DNA of 64,000 nt from an uncultured Verrucomicrobiae bacterium. Lineage in GTDB: Bacteria > Verrucomicrobiota > Verrucomicrobiia > Limisphaerales > JAFGQR01. This document shows positions 1 to 12,635 of this stretch, one piece after another. Position 1 is the first letter of the stretch. The number at the start of each line of letters is the position of its first letter. The position numbers and the translations under genes are program-made. The stretch covers positions 1 through 64,000 of the forward strand of contig CAWBHS010000049.1 in NCBI GenBank assembly GCA_963788655.1, read 5' to 3'. The notes beneath the pieces were generated by a model, which made no database searches, was not told the DNA's origin, and saw nothing but the letters and a program-made list of their open reading frames with translations.

Positions 1-3000
1 CTGCTTTCATTCCGCAGTTCGAAGCTGGTGTTTTGGTAAATGTCGTTACCGGCGAGCGTGAGCACGGGCGGGCCGCTGATGCCAGTCACTTGCATCCCCA
101 CCTCGCTGTTACGAATCACGTTCCCCGTAATGCCCGAGGCGCTGATCCCACCGTAGTCCAGATTTAAGTAAAAGCCTGTCTCTCCATTGGCCGCAATGGT
201 GTTGCTAACCACGCCTACCACCATGTAGCTTGCCAACAATAACCCACCGCTGGCGTTGCTCTGAATCAGGCAGTCGCTCACTTCGGCCCCGCGCTGGTGA
301 TAGAAGTAGTCACTGCTACAACGAACACCCCAAGAATCATTCCGCGCCACCGTGCAGCCACTCATTTGAAGCGCTGAGGCGTCGCTAGATACCCCTTCGC
401 TGTGGTTGTAAGCCACCGTGCAGTCGCTCAAGGACATGCTTGAAGACACCTGGCTGCGAATTCCGCAACCACCGTTGAAGTCCACCAGTGCCCCCGTGAC
501 CAGCAAGGAACTTTGATAGACATAAAGACCGTCGCCAGTGTTGCCCTCGACCCGTCCGCCCCGAAATTCCACTGGGCCTCTCGTGCTCAAGCCCGCCCCA
601 TTGTTGGTCAACAGTTGAAAGTCGCTCAACACCATCGGCTGGACGTAGTCGCCGCTGCTGCCCTCCACTCCATTGCCACTGCACCGCTGCACCGTGCCGT
701 CCTCCAGTGTGTAGCTGTTGAATCGGGTGTCGCCGTCCTCGAACCGAATCCCTTCCACCGCGTATCCACCACAAAATGCCGCAGAGTCATGTCCCCGTTT
801 CCACAATGCGCAGACCATACCAGTCGCCCGGCGCTTTGCTTAGCCCGCTCGAAGTGAATTTCACTGGCAAACCATCACGCCGTCCACAGTAAACTGCCTC
901 CCTGTAAAATGAGTTCGCTTCGAGAAGCGTCAATCCCTCCGGCTGCCGCATCGTGTAACGGGTCGAACAGTACCTCCGTGCCGGCGGCAATCGTCAGATT
1001 GCCCATGATTGTCACGTCGCCAATGACGGCAATCCGGCCCGACCAGGTGCGCCCCTTCCAATAACCCGAAACGACTTCCCCCGCCCCCAGCCCGCTGTAG
1101 TCGAAGTTTTGGAGCGGGCCGGGACTGCCGCTTGACAATGGGGCTCCGTACCACTGGTTAATGAACACTTGGGCGCTGGCTCCATCCCGAATGTCGTAAT
1201 CTCGCTCATAGGTTGTAGCGGCTCTGTGCCAGTTCGGTCGTCGTCGGATCGTCCCAATAGTTGCCATTAGCCACCACCGCAGCACTGCTTTCATTCCGCA
1301 GTTCGAAGCTGGTGTTCTGGTAAATGTCGTTACCGGCGAGCGTGAGCACGGGCGGGCCGCTGATGCCAGTCACTTGCATCCCCACCTCGCTGTTACGAAT
1401 CACGTTCCCGTAATGCCCGAGGCGCTAATCCCACCGTAGTCCAGATTTAAGTAAAAGCCTGTCTCTCCATTGGCCGCAATGGTGTTGCTAACCACGCCTA
1501 CCACCATGTAGCTTGCCAACAATAACCCACCGCTGGCGTTGCTCTGAATCAGGCAGTCGCTCACTTCGGCCCCGCGCTGGTGATAAGTAGTCACTGCTAC
1601 AACGAACACCCCAAGAATCATTCCGCGCCACCGTGCAGCCACTCATTTGAAGCGCTGAGGCGTCGCTGGATACCCCTTCGCTGTGGTTGTAAGCCACCGT
1701 GCAGTCGCTCAAGGACATGCTTGAAGACACCTGGCTGCGAATTCCGCAACCACCGTTGAAGTCCACCAGTGCCCCCGTGACCAGCAAGGAACTTTGATAG
1801 ACATAAAGACCGTCGCCAGTGTTGCCCTCGACCCGTCCGCCCCGAAATTCCACTGGGCCTCTCGTGCTCAAGCCCGCCCCATTGTTGGTCAACAGTTGAA
1901 AGTTGCTCAACACCATCGGCTGGACGTAGTCGCCGCTGCTGCGGCCTACACTCCATTGCCACTGCACCGCTGCACCGTGCCGTCCTCCAGTGTGTAGCTG
2001 TTGAATCGGGTGTCGCCGTCCTCGAACCGAATCCCTTCCACCGCATATCCACCACAAAATGCCGCAGAGTCACGTCCCCGTCCACAATGCGCAGACCATA
2101 CCAGTCGCCCGGCGCTTTGCTTAGCCCGCTCGAAGTGAATTTCACTGGCGAACCATCCACGCCGTCCACAGTAAGACTGCCTCCCTGTAAAATGAGTTCG
2201 CTTCGAGAAGCGTCAATCCCTCCGGCTGCCGCATCGTGTAACGGGTCGAACAGTACCCCCATGCCGGCAGCGATCGTAATTGCCCATGATTGTCACGTCG
2301 CCAATGACGGCAATCCGGCCCGACCAGGTCTGCGATCCTTCCATACACCCGAAACGACTTCCCCCGCCCCAGCCCGCTGTAGTCGAAGTCTGGAGCGGGC
2401 CGGGACTGCCGCTTGACAATGGGGCTCCGTACCTGGTTAATGAACACTTGGGCGCTGGCTCCATCCCGAATGTCGTAGAGATCTTGCTTAGGTTGTAGCG
2501 GCTCTGTGCCAGTTCGGTCGTCGTCGGATCGTCCCAATAGTTGCCATTAGCCACCACCGCAGCGCTGCTTTCATTCCGCAGTCGAGCTGGTGTTTTGGTA
2601 AATGTCGTTACCGGCGAGCGTGAGCACGGGCGGGCCGCTAATGCCAGTCACTTGCATCCCCACCTCGCTGTTACGAATCACGTTCCCCGTAATGCCCGAG
2701 GCGCTGATCCCACCGTAGTCCAGATTTAAGTAAAAGCCTGTCTCTCCATTGGCCGCAATGGTGTTGCTAACCACGCCTACCACCATGTAGCTTGCCAACA
2801 ATAACCCACCGCTGGCGTTGCTCTGAATCAGGCAGTCGCTCCACTTCGGCCCCGCGCTGGTGATAGAAGTAGTCACTGCTACAACGAACACCCCAAGAAT
2901 CATTCCGCGCCACCGTGCAGCCACTCATTTGAAGCGCTGAGGCGTCGCTAGATACCCCTTCGCTGTGGTTGTAAGCCGCACTTGGTGCAGTCGCTCAAGG

Positions 3001-3398
3001 ACATGCTTGAAGACACCTGGCTGCGAATTCCGCAACCACCGTTGAAGTCCACCAGTGCCCCCGTGACCAGCAAGGAACTTTGATAGACATAAAGACCGTC
3101 GCCAGTGTTGCCCTCGACCCGTCCGCCCCGAAATTCCACTGGGCCTCTCGTGCTCAAGCCCGCCCCATTGTTGGTCAACAGTTGGAAGTTGCTCAACACC
3201 ATCGGCTGGACGTAGTCGCCGCTGCTGCCCTCCACCCCATTGCCACTGCACCGCTGCACCGTGCCGTCCTCCAGTGTGTAGCTGTTGAATCGGGTGTCGC
3301 CGTCCTCGAACCGAATCCCTTCCACCGCGTACTCCACCACAAAATGCCGCAGAGTCACGTCCCCGTCCACAATCCGCAGGCCATACCAGTCGCCCGGC
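1..3398. repeat. Near-identical intragenic tandem repeat, unit ~1.28 kb, at least 2.6 copies
   Basis: ctgctttcattccgcagt recurs at 1, 1285 and 2565; ccataccagtcgcccggc ends at 832, 2113 and 3398. Confidence 0.95.
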
Positions 3399-5940
3399 TG
3401 TGATTCTGGGCGCGGCTGGTGAACCGGATGGGGCATCGGGCGCCCGCTGGCGTCCAGGATGCCGCCATTGAGGATGATCTCCGCGCGGCTGCTGTCGGCG
3501 CCGGATGCTTGGTCATCGCCACTGGCCGTGCGCACCTGCGTTCCCGGCATAATTGTCAGCGAGCCGCCGCCAATGATGGTGACGTCGCCAGTCAGTTCAA
3601 CCACGCCGGACCAGGAAACGGCGTTTGTGATCAGGCCGGAAAGCGGGCCGGGCGGCCGGACTTCGGCGGCGTTGGCGCTGAGTTGGTAGGCTTGCGACGG
3701 GCTGTAGGCACCGCGGCCTTCCGGGTAGCCATAGACGCGGATGAAATAGTCACCCGCCGCGACAACCTGGTGGATGACTTCATTTTCGCCAGCCTGATGG
3801 TAGGAGCCGGCCAGCCAGGAGAAATCCGATCCGTAGAGTTCCAAGTCATAGTCCAGCCCACCTGGCACAGTCAGGACGAGGTTCAACTGGCCATTCGTGG
3901 TGAGCGTAACGCGGAACCAGTCCAAATCCCCGGCCGAGCAGATCAGGCCATTGGTGCTGATGCCGAGCGGCAGGCACGGTGGCTTCGTAGGAGCGGTCGT
4001 TCGGCTCCATCGGATCGTTGCAGGAGATGGTGGGCGGCACAACGTTCAGTGTCGCCAGTTGGCTGGGCGTGGTGCCGTTGTCGTCGGTAACGAGCACGCG
4101 GTAGGTGTAGCCGTCGTTGGCGTAGGAGACGGGCGAGGTGGTGTAGCTGTCGGTGTTCGCGCCGGAGATGTCCAGGCCGTTGCGTTGCCACTGGTAGGTG
4201 AGCGTGCCGCTGCCCGTCGCCACAACGTCAAACGTGGCCGTTTGACCAAAAACCACCGTCGCGTCGCTTGGTTGTTGGCTGATGGTGGGACCCGTTGGGG
4301 TTGAGGGAACAACTTCAACCGCGAGAGCCTCGGTGGTGCGAGAACGGTAAGTCGTTCTCGTACTCCTGGACCGAAACGTTCCAGGTACGGGGAGTGGCGC
4401 CAAAGTCAAAGTCCACGGTGATTTGGTCCGGAGCAATGGACGCCGGCCCGACTAGTATTGTGGTCGTGTCATGGGAGAATATTACTTGGTCACCAGCGAC
4501 AAATCCGCTGCCGTGCAACGTCAGGTGGGTGGTGCCCGCTCCGGTAGAAACGGTTTTCGGCATGACAAATTCGAGCACGAACTCCGGCCAGGTGACGGTA
4601 AACGTGTTATCGGAATAGTCATAGCGGACGGTGTTGTTGTTGAGGCTGGTGATCTTGGCCAGCAGTCGGCGCGTGACGCCCACGCTTATCCCCGCCGTGG
4701 AAATGGTGACCTTGTCGTTGGGCGCCTTGTCACCGGTAACTTCGAGGCTTTGGGTGAAAATGGGACTGTCGGTCCCGTTGTTGAATGGATTCGTGTCAGT
4801 GTCCAGAAACCATTCGACACGCGCGGCACTGTCGCGGTCCTGGTATTTAAAGGTGGCTGTCAGGTCGCGGCCTTGGGGGATGCGGTTGTTCGGGTAGGCA
4901 GGAGTTTGGATGAATCCGATGTTGGCCCATTGGGCGCCGCCGGAGCGGTCGGTGGTCGCGCGAACATGCCGCCCACCAAAACGTGTTCCGATGGCGTAGG
5001 AATAAACTTGGCGATAGTGGAGACTGCCGGAGACGATTCTGGAGACAAGAACCCGCCAGCGTTGCGCGCCGGGTGCGGCGGGACATACCAGGAATTCGGA
5101 ATGGTAACTTCGTCATCGGTCGTGGGGAAGTTACCATTGACCCCGATGGTACCATGATACCAAGCGTGGACGTCGGAGTGCTCAGAGGCGTAGCCGCTAC
5201 CGCTCAGGATGGATTCATCGAGTTGCACGTTTTCCGCGCCATCAATCTCCTGGCCGTTGAAGTCAAGAGGATTTGACATTCTTTTCGCCAGTCGTTATCG
5301 GCGAAAACGACATTTTCGTAGAGCTGCGCTGCAGGGTCGCCAGGATGACATCCAGGCGGGGACTCAACGCCGGCATCTCCCAAAGCCAGTGGATGCGGAT
5401 CTAACGTGGTGACATGGTCCACCCAAATACCGAAGGTGCCGAGTATTCGTGCCGTTTCCAGCATGACTGATCCGCCACGACTGTGGCCGATCAGATGAAT
5501 ACTGCGGGCGGCCAGCGCTTGGTCGAGGCCATCGGTGTGGTAAGCGTTCCTCAAAGCTTCGGCAATCCAACCTGCGAAGTAAGCAGTTGTCAGCCCGGCC
5601 GAACCGATTGCGTTATGGTCCGCAAGGTCCGCCCAATCAACGGACAGCACAACTTCGGAGGCATCGTCAGCCGAAGTTTCGGACTGCTGTAAAAGCAACC
5701 GTCGATTCCTGTGATGATATTGCCGGTAATGCGGAGGTGATACCAACTACTGTTCAAACCCTTCGCGAAAGCGGCATTGGTGACCGCCTTGCCATGGCAT
5801 CCACCCAAGCGGGTAGCTGGAGAACGAGGTACATAGCCATGGGTGATGACGGTAACGTCGGCACGCGCGTCATGGAAAAAAAGGCACACAGCAACTGCAA
5901 GTGCGCAGCAAGATAGAAGAATAGGGTTTTTCGTTTTCAT
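1..5940 (-). CDS. Giant secreted multidomain protein (alpha/beta-hydrolase-like, IPT/Ig-like, PPC-like, repeated parallel beta-helix units); frameshifted, runs off the left edge
   Basis: ATG at 5940 with signal peptide MKTKNPILLSCCALAVAVCLFFHDARA. Successive minus-strand ORF pieces give VTVITHG...HLIGHSRGG (GxSxG), the Ig-like PTISQQPSDATV...LTYQWQRNG, the PPC-like DLDWFRVTL...DYDLELY, and beta-helix text such as DCTVAYNHSEGV/GCTVARNDSWGV. Confidence 0.7.
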
Positions 5941-6209
5941 AGGATTCGGGCAGTTTTCCTTGGTTTTGGCAGCGGTGGTCGTGACGGCGAATGAAGTGAA
6001 AGAAGCAAAGTCCACCACCCGGCTTGTCAAAGCCTTGTTGCTGTCTGTTTTCACTGATCCCCGTCACTCCATAGACCTTTCAATCAAGAAACACCTTTTG
6101 GAACGATGGCGATTCAATTAGAAACCAGGCCTTTGCAAGCTTTAAATTCGACCGACTCTGGCCGCGCAGACCGCAAGGAACTTAGCGCGGCAAAGCCGCA
6201 ACCAATCGC

Positions 6210-6383
6210 GGGTAGGGCGAGACTCCGTCGAGCCCATACTTCCCCGCATCGCTGCCGATAACCCAAGGACCATAACGCGGAAAGCCTACGGCGTTACGAA
6301 CCCCAAGGAGTTCCCCTTGTTCATCACCCAGTCGGCGGAAGTGCTTCGGGGATGTCAGGGCTCGACGGAGTCTCGCCCTACCC
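6210..6383. repeat. GTAG-type REP doublet (26-bp perfect inverted repeat)
   Basis: gggtagggcgagactccgtcgagccc (6210-6235) and its exact reverse complement (6358-6383). Confidence 0.85.
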
Positions 6384-6569
6384 AACCGGCGCCGCCGCAG
6401 AAATTTTCGTCGCAGCTTGCGATTAATTTGCACTGTTGCAGTGCCGAGACGCGCACATTGTTGGAAGCATGCCTTCGCTTGCCCAATTGGGGAAATCCCC
6501 CTTCCCCTCAAGTGCTGTCTTTTGCGATCTTTGAGTTCTTTGCGGTTAGCCAGCGGCTGATTGTGCGGT

Positions 6570-7833
6570 TCAAGCCAGGTAGGGAATGGTCAATGGTCCC
6601 TGGGGCAAAGCGGCGATTCGGGCGGCGGGTCCGAGTTCATCGAGCAGGCGGTTCACTTCAGTTTGAAGGTCCGCACACGGGATCAGATGCAGGGCGCGGA
6701 CCATATCCGGCGGCAGCGAGCTGTACACCTGCACGGATGCGTGCCGTTGGATTTGCGCCAGGATTTGCGCCTGCCATTGTTCGGGGTAACTGAAGTTGGG
6801 TTCGGTAAGTTTCGCCAACAGCTCTTCCGGTCCACTGACACTGCGGAGGAGGCGGTCCATCGGGCTTTGAGACGGGACACCTTCCCGGCATTCGCACGCC
6901 AGGAGAATGCGTCCCGCCCGGTTTGACGATGCGGGCGGCGGCGCTGAGGCCCTTGACGCCCTGGTAAAGGTTCAAGTCCAGCGGATAGCCGCTGTTGGTG
7001 GTTACCACAATGTCAAAAGGCGCGGCTACTTTTTGCATGGCGGATTGCCGCACCAATTCGCATCCCGCCCGATGGGCTTCCACCAGGTCGCCGGCAAACA
7101 CTCCGGTGATCTGGCGGTCTTCGTTCAGGGTGACATTGAGCAGGAAACTCGGCCCGGCGCGCAACGCCACGTCCCGCAGTTCCTCCCACAGCGGATTGCC
7201 CTCGGTGATCCCAAACGTGGCGTTGGGATGGCTGATGTTTCGCACGCCATGATTGCTCATGACCGTGCTCAACGCCGCGGTGCCCGGAATGATTCCTTTG
7301 ATGCCGCCGCTGAATCCGGCAAAGAAATGCGGTTCGATGAATCCGGTGACAATCCGCAAATCGGCTTCCACGACGTGCCGGTTGATCAAGGCCGGCGTGC
7401 CATCGCGCAAGGCGCCGAGCGCCACGAACGCGGCCGGGTTTTCCGGTTCGTTGTTTACCACCCGGTATTGCGCGACCACCTCCGGCGTCAGCAGCCGTTC
7501 CAACTCGGTGCGCGAAGCGGGGCGATGGGTGCCGGTTTGATTGACCAACGTGATCTGGTCTTTGGGAAGGAAACTGAGGTAATCCAGCAGCCACGGAATC
7601 AGCCGGTGATTGGGCGTGGCGCGCGTGGCGTCGGTGAACGTGATGCAGACGCGTTGGTTCGGTCGCAAGCGTTGGCGGAGGGCAGGGGAGCCAATCGGTT
7701 GGTCCAGCGCGGCAAGCACGGCCGCACGTTCATCGGGTAACCCTGCCACCGGCGTCGGCGCGATGACCGTCGTCCGGTCGGCGGGCAGATCGACCGGGAG
7801 CCAGCCCTGGCCATAGGCAAGCTTCACCTTCAT
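6570..7833 (-). CDS. larA: Nickel-pincer-dependent lactate racemase LarA family protein (frameshift near 6900)
   Basis: Motifs MKVKLAYG, DATRATP, TGTHR, GFIEPHFFAGFSGG and GYPLDLNLYQGVKG; C-terminal piece EQWQAQI...GPLTIP. Confidence 0.88.
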
Positions 7834-7950
7834 GGCCGTTTGAAGTCACTTTCGGCGCTTCTGGAAGACTCCGGATTGCGACAGGCTAGCAAACATTCAG
7901 CCATTGGCGTGCTTGAGCTTTGACAGCCATTGAACGGTTGGCGCCGACGG

Positions 7951-8147
7951 TTCCCCTCACCCTGACCCTCTCCCCCAGGAGAGGGAAGAGCAATCGAGCC
8001 GGCGTTGATCTTTGGTTGCGTCGCGACCGGCACCACCTGCTTGGGAATACACCTCTCCGCAGTGAACCATGGGAGCGCGCTCGCTGTTCCTGGCAAGTGC
8101 CGGATGGGCTCCCTCGCCCCAGGGGAGAGGGCTGGGGTGAGGGGGAA
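7951..8147. repeat. CCCTCACCC-type REP doublet
   Basis: ccctcaccctgaccctctcccccaggagaggg and the inverted ccctcgccccaggggagagggctggggtgagggg; same family at 15309-15565 and 42043-42480. Confidence 0.8.
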
Positions 8148-8226
8148 GTCGAGGCTGGCAGTTTGACAACGCCGCAATATGCCTGCGGGCCGGCAAACCA
8201 GCTTTGGTTCTGAGTCGTTCATGAAT

Positions 8227-9732
8227 TCAAGTCTCGGCATTGCCGGAAATAGCCGGCTTCAATTTCCGCTCCAGAATCTCGCCCACCAGCGCGGGGTTGG
8301 CTTTGCCCTTGCTGAGCTTCATCACCTGGCCTTTGAGGAAATTCAGCGCGGCGGCTTTGCCGGCTTTGAAATCGGCGGCCGGGCCGGGATTGGCGGCGAT
8401 GGCTTCGTCGCAGAACTTTTCGATGCGCGCCGGTGTCGCTGACTTGCGCCAGACCCTTTCTTCCACGATGGCGGCCGGCGCTTCGCCGGTGTCGAACATT
8501 TCGGCAAAGACATGCTGCGCGGCGAATCTGCTGATGATTTTGTTTTCACAGGCGATGAGTTCGACAGCGCAGGCTGGAACTTGAGGTCGCAGCGCATCGT
8601 AGCAGGCACGTCGCCGGCTCTGATCACTTCATTGTCGGCCAGCGCGGTCTGCCGGTTTCTGCGTTCCAGCTTCGCCCGCAGATTGTTAATGACCCAGTTG
8701 GCGACCGCTTTCGGATTCTTTGCTTGCTTCGCGATGCTTTCGAAATAGTTGCCCAGTGGCCACGTCGCTCTTGAACACCTCGGCGTCGCCGGCGGGCAAC
8801 TGATAATCGCGCATGAACCGCTGCTTGCGCGCCAGCGGCAATTCCACCACGCGCGATTTCACTTCCGCCAGCCACGCTTCGTCCGGCTCGAACGGCATCA
8901 GGTCCGGCTCGGGGAAATAGCGGTAGTCGTGCGCGTATTCCTTGGTGCGCATTTCCTCGGTGATGCCCGCCACGTCGTCCCAGCGGCGCGTGGATTGGAT
9001 CAGCTTGCCGCCCTTCTTGACCACTTCGATCTGGCGCGGGATTTCGTATTCCAGCGCGCGGCGCACGCCGGAGAAGCTGTTCATGTTCTTGATCTCGATC
9101 TTCGCGCCGAGTTCCGTCGTGCCCTTGGGCCGCACGCTGACGTTCACGTCGCAGCGCACCATGCCTTTTTCCATGTCGCAATCGCTCACGCCGCCATAGC
9201 ACGAGGATGTCCTTGAGCGCGTTGAGATATTCGTAGGCCATGTCCGCGCTGGTGATGTCCGGCTCGGAAACAATCTCCAGAAGCGGCACGCCGGCGCGAT
9301 TGAAATCCACGCCGCTGTTGCGCTCGAAATGGAAGCTCTTGCCCACGTCTTCCTCCAGATGCGCGCGGGTGATGCGCACGCGCGCGATGCCGCGCCGATC
9401 TGCCCAATTCGAACTCCACGTAGCCGTTGCCGTGCGACGGCTTGTCGTATTGGCGTGATCTGGTAATTCTTCGGCATGTCCGGATAGAAATAGTTCTTCC
9501 GGTCGAACTTGGCGAAGCGGGGAATCTGGCAGTTGAGCAGGTAGCCGGTCAGCACGGTGAGCCGCAGCGCTTCTTCATTGGCCACCGGCAGCACGCCGGG
9601 CAAGCCGAGGCAGACGGGGCAGACGTTGGTGTTCGGTGGCGCGCCGAAGGCATTGGCGCAACCGCACCACATCTTCGATTGCGTTTTGAGCTGGACGTGC
9701 GTTTCCAGTCCGATGACGGCTTCGTATTCCAT
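8227..9732 (-). CDS. gatB: Asp/Glu-tRNA amidotransferase subunit B (several frameshifts)
   Basis: [73 protein letters not shown]...ANP. Confidence 0.95.
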
Positions 9733-9879
9733 GATCGATTGATAATTGCCGGGAGGGTGTTACCAAAACCGACCGGCCAATGAAATGCGAAAATTGGTGA
9801 TCTGGTGATTGGTTGGTGCGTTGCCGCGGGTAAAAACACCAAACCGGCCCAACTCGACCTTCACTTGGACTTCCTCTAC

Positions 9880-9989
9880 CGAAAGCGCTGGCAAGCCGGG
9901 CGCACTCCAAACGCGGGCGCGTCAGTTCCACCGGCCTTATCAAAACGCGCGCCAGCGTTTGGAGTGCGTGGAGCTTGCTGCCGCTTTCG
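9880..9989. repeat. GGAGTGCG-type REP doublet
   Basis: cgaaagcgctggcaagccgggcgcactccaaacgc and gcgtttggagtgcgtggagcttgctgccgctttcg; the same pair of units occurs at 36028-36160. Confidence 0.8.
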
Positions 9990-10058
9990 ACAGTCGCACG
10001 GACTGCGGAATCCAGAGCTACGACTTTGTTAATGGACCTGTGGTTCGGGATTGGTTGT

Positions 10059-10147
10059 GGTAGGGCGGGCAGTCCTGTGCCTGCCGCGAATGTGGGAGCG
10101 CACAGCATGGGAAGCAGGCGGCGCGCGCAGGGTGACGCGCCTCACCT
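10059..10147. repeat. Degenerate GTAG-type REP doublet
   Basis: ggtagggcgggcagtcctgtgcctgccg ... cggcgcgcgcagggtgacgcgcctcacc; a similar element lies at ~42553-42630. Confidence 0.55.
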
Positions 10148-10148
10148 T

Positions 10149-12464
10149 TCAGCGGTTGCGGCCGAACAACAAGCGCAGGCTGTTCATCACCACCACCACC
10201 GTGCTGCCTTCGTGGCCGACCACGCCGAGGGTCAGGGGAATGCTGCCCAGCAAGGCAAACGTGACCAGCACCACGACGGTGCCGAGCGAGATGACCTGGT
10301 TTTGCCGGATTACGCTCCGCGCGCGCTGGCTGAGGCGATAGGCGGACAGGAAGTTTTCCAGGCGGTCGTGCATCAAAATGACCTCGGCTTGTTCGAGGGC
10401 GGCATCCGAGCCCCGCGCACCCATGGCCACGCCCACGTGAGCAGCGACAAGGCTGGGAGCATCGTTGACGCCATCGCCCACCATGGCCACACGTCGGCCG
10501 CGATTCGAGAGTTCCTGGATGGCCTGGACTTTCTGTTCCGGCTTCAGTTCTGCGCGCACGTCGTCGAGCGACAATTGCGCCTTCAAATGTTCGCCCGCGG
10601 CCCGGCGATCACCGGTCAGCACGATGGTTTGCAAGCCATCGGCCCGCATTTGTTCGATCAGCGGTTTGGCTTCGGGACGGATGTCGTCGCGCAGCAGGAT
10701 GCGTCCCAGCAAATCGCGATGACTGAGCCAGACTTCCGAGAAGCCAGGCTCAGTCGGCGGAACCTGACTCAGTGTGCGAGTATGGGAACCATCGAGGCCT
10801 TCGCGCCGGCCCAGAAAACACACGTCGTTGCCGCCGTGAGCGCGCAGACCCTGGCCGGTGATCGATTCGAAGTGGTCCAGCTCGAGCCGCTGCAGGGATT
10901 GTTGTTTGCCAAACCGAGTGATGGCGCGCGCCAGCGGATGATTGGACAGCCGTTCCATCGAGTACGCCAGTTGGGCGACCTCCGTTTCGCGTCCAGGCGG
11001 AAAGCTCTCTACGTGTTCGACGCGCAATTCGCCGGTGGTCAACGTGCCGGTTTTGTCCAGAGCCACCACATCGATCTCCGCCAACTTCTCGACGGCTGCG
11101 CCACCGCGGAAGAGCACTCCGTGCCGGGCGCCCCAAGCGATGGCCGCCAGGACGGCCGACGGAATGGACAGCACCAAGGCGCAGGGCGAAGCCACGACGA
11201 GCAAGGTCATGGCCCGGTAAAAAGCGCTGGGCGCGCCTTCGATAACGGCAAACGGCTTCAGGCCGAACGCGTGCCACCAGACAAAGAACATCACCACCGT
11301 GATGCCGAGCACCGAATACGTATAGATGCTGCTGAAGCGGTCAATCAGCCGTTGCGCGGGCGCTTTTTGACGTTGAGCGTCCTGAATGAGGCGGATGATT
11401 TTCTGCAAGGCGCTTTCCGCCGCGGGCCGCAGGACGGACGCTTCCACTGCGCCCCAGAGGTTCAGCGTGCCGGCCAGGACGGTATCGCCGATTTTCTTTT
11501 CCACCGGAGTGGCTTCCCCAGTGAGATTGGATTCGTCGGCGGCAGTGGCCCCTTTCAGTACCTCGGCATCAACGGGGAACTGCGCATCCGGCTTGATGAG
11601 CAATCGCATTCCCAGGCGCAGTTTTCCGACCGGCACCTCGGTTTCCTTTCCCGCCGCGTCAATCAACGTGGCGGTCTTGGGAGCATCTTTGAACAGTGAT
11701 TGGATTTCCCGCCGCGTGCGATCCATGGCAAAATGTTCGAGAGCACCCGAAAGGGAAAACAAAAACAGCAGCGTCGCCCCTTCGTTCCATTCATTGATCG
11801 CCGCACTGCCGATGGCCACGGCCAGCATGAGAAAGTGAACGTCGAGGGTTACTTGTTTGAGCCGCTGCCACACTTCCTCGGCGGCAAACCAACTGCCCGC
11901 CAGATAGGCGAGCAAATAGAACGTCAGACCGAGCGGCGTGGGCATCGTGCCATGGGGTGTGGCGAAGGCGCCGAGAATGCCGAAAATGGCGCACAGCGCG
12001 GTGGCCAGCAACTGCCATTTCCATTCGCCCGGATGCTCCTCTTCCTCGAAGAACTCGACGTCGCGCTGGACGACTTTGGGCAGTCGGATGGACCGCCAAC
12101 GCCAAAAACTGGGCGCCGTGGGGCAACTGACGCGGGCCAGGGTGATGCCGCTCTCATCGCGTTTGATGGTGATGGCCCGCCGCATTTGCGGCGGCAACGG
12201 AATGTTGCAGTGGTTGCAGTCACTATCACCGGACAACAACCCGCAATCGGCCGCGGCTTCGGCGGCGGTGTCGAGCTTCAGGTTGGCGGCGACACGTTCC
12301 GCCAGGTCCGGCGGACTGTTGGTCCCCAGCGTGGCAATGGAAATGGAATGCTGGCTTCGATCGATGGTTACCGCCTCAAGGGCGGGTTCATCATCGAGCG
12401 TGGAGGCGAGCGATTGCATCAAGCAACGCGGCGTCTCCGGCTTTTTGTCGGTTGTCTCAGGCAT
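10149..12464 (-). CDS. Heavy-metal P-type ATPase, P1B-4 subtype
   Basis: Intact ORF with TGE, SPC (VVASPCAL), DKTGT, HP, GDGVND and HEGST motifs; Cys-rich N-terminus. Confidence 0.9.
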   Translation of the reverse strand: MPETTDKKPETPRCLMQSLASTLDDEPALEAVTIDRSQHSISIATLGTNSPPDLAERVAANLKLDTAAEAAADCGLLSGDSDCNHCNIPLPPQMRRAITIKRDESGITLARVSCPTAPSFWRWRSIRLPKVVQRDVEFFEEEEHPGEWKWQLLATALCAIFGILGAFATPHGTMPTPLGLTFYLLAYLAGSWFAAEEVWQRLKQVTLDVHFLMLAVAIGSAAINEWNEGATLLFLFSLSGALEHFAMDRTRREIQSLFKDAPKTATLIDAAGKETEVPVGKLRLGMRLLIKPDAQFPVDAEVLKGATAADESNLTGEATPVEKKIGDTVLAGTLNLWGAVEASVLRPAAESALQKIIRLIQDAQRQKAPAQRLIDRFSSIYTYSVLGITVVMFFVWWHAFGLKPFAVIEGAPSAFYRAMTLLVVASPCALVLSIPSAVLAAIAWGARHGVLFRGGAAVEKLAEIDVVALDKTGTLTTGELRVEHVESFPPGRETEVAQLAYSMERLSNHPLARAITRFGKQQSLQRLELDHFESITGQGLRAHGGNDVCFLGRREGLDGSHTRTLSQVPPTEPGFSEVWLSHRDLLGRILLRDDIRPEAKPLIEQMRADGLQTIVLTGDRRAAGEHLKAQLSLDDVRAELKPEQKVQAIQELSNRGRRVAMVGDGVNDAPSLVAAHVGVAMGARGSDAALEQAEVILMHDRLENFLSAYRLSQRARSVIRQNQVISLGTVVVLVTFALLGSIPLTLGVVGHEGSTVVVVMNSLRLLFGRNR

Positions 12465-12635
12465 TTGCAAACCGTCTATCAATGTCCGAATACTATAATC
12501 GGGTCACCTGGAAACTGCACTCGGTTTGTGAAACAATTATCGTTATTTGCTTTGCCCGCGGGAGGGTGCTGAAGACAATACCCGCGTTTTGCATTGGCTG
12601 ACTGGGAGACGCATATAAAACGCAGCTTACGATTT

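Noticed and set aside
9975..11699. Long antisense ORFs (also 29457-31034, 33559-34836, 46405-48027)
   Set aside because: Shadow frames opposite well-supported genes, as expected in GC-rich DNA.
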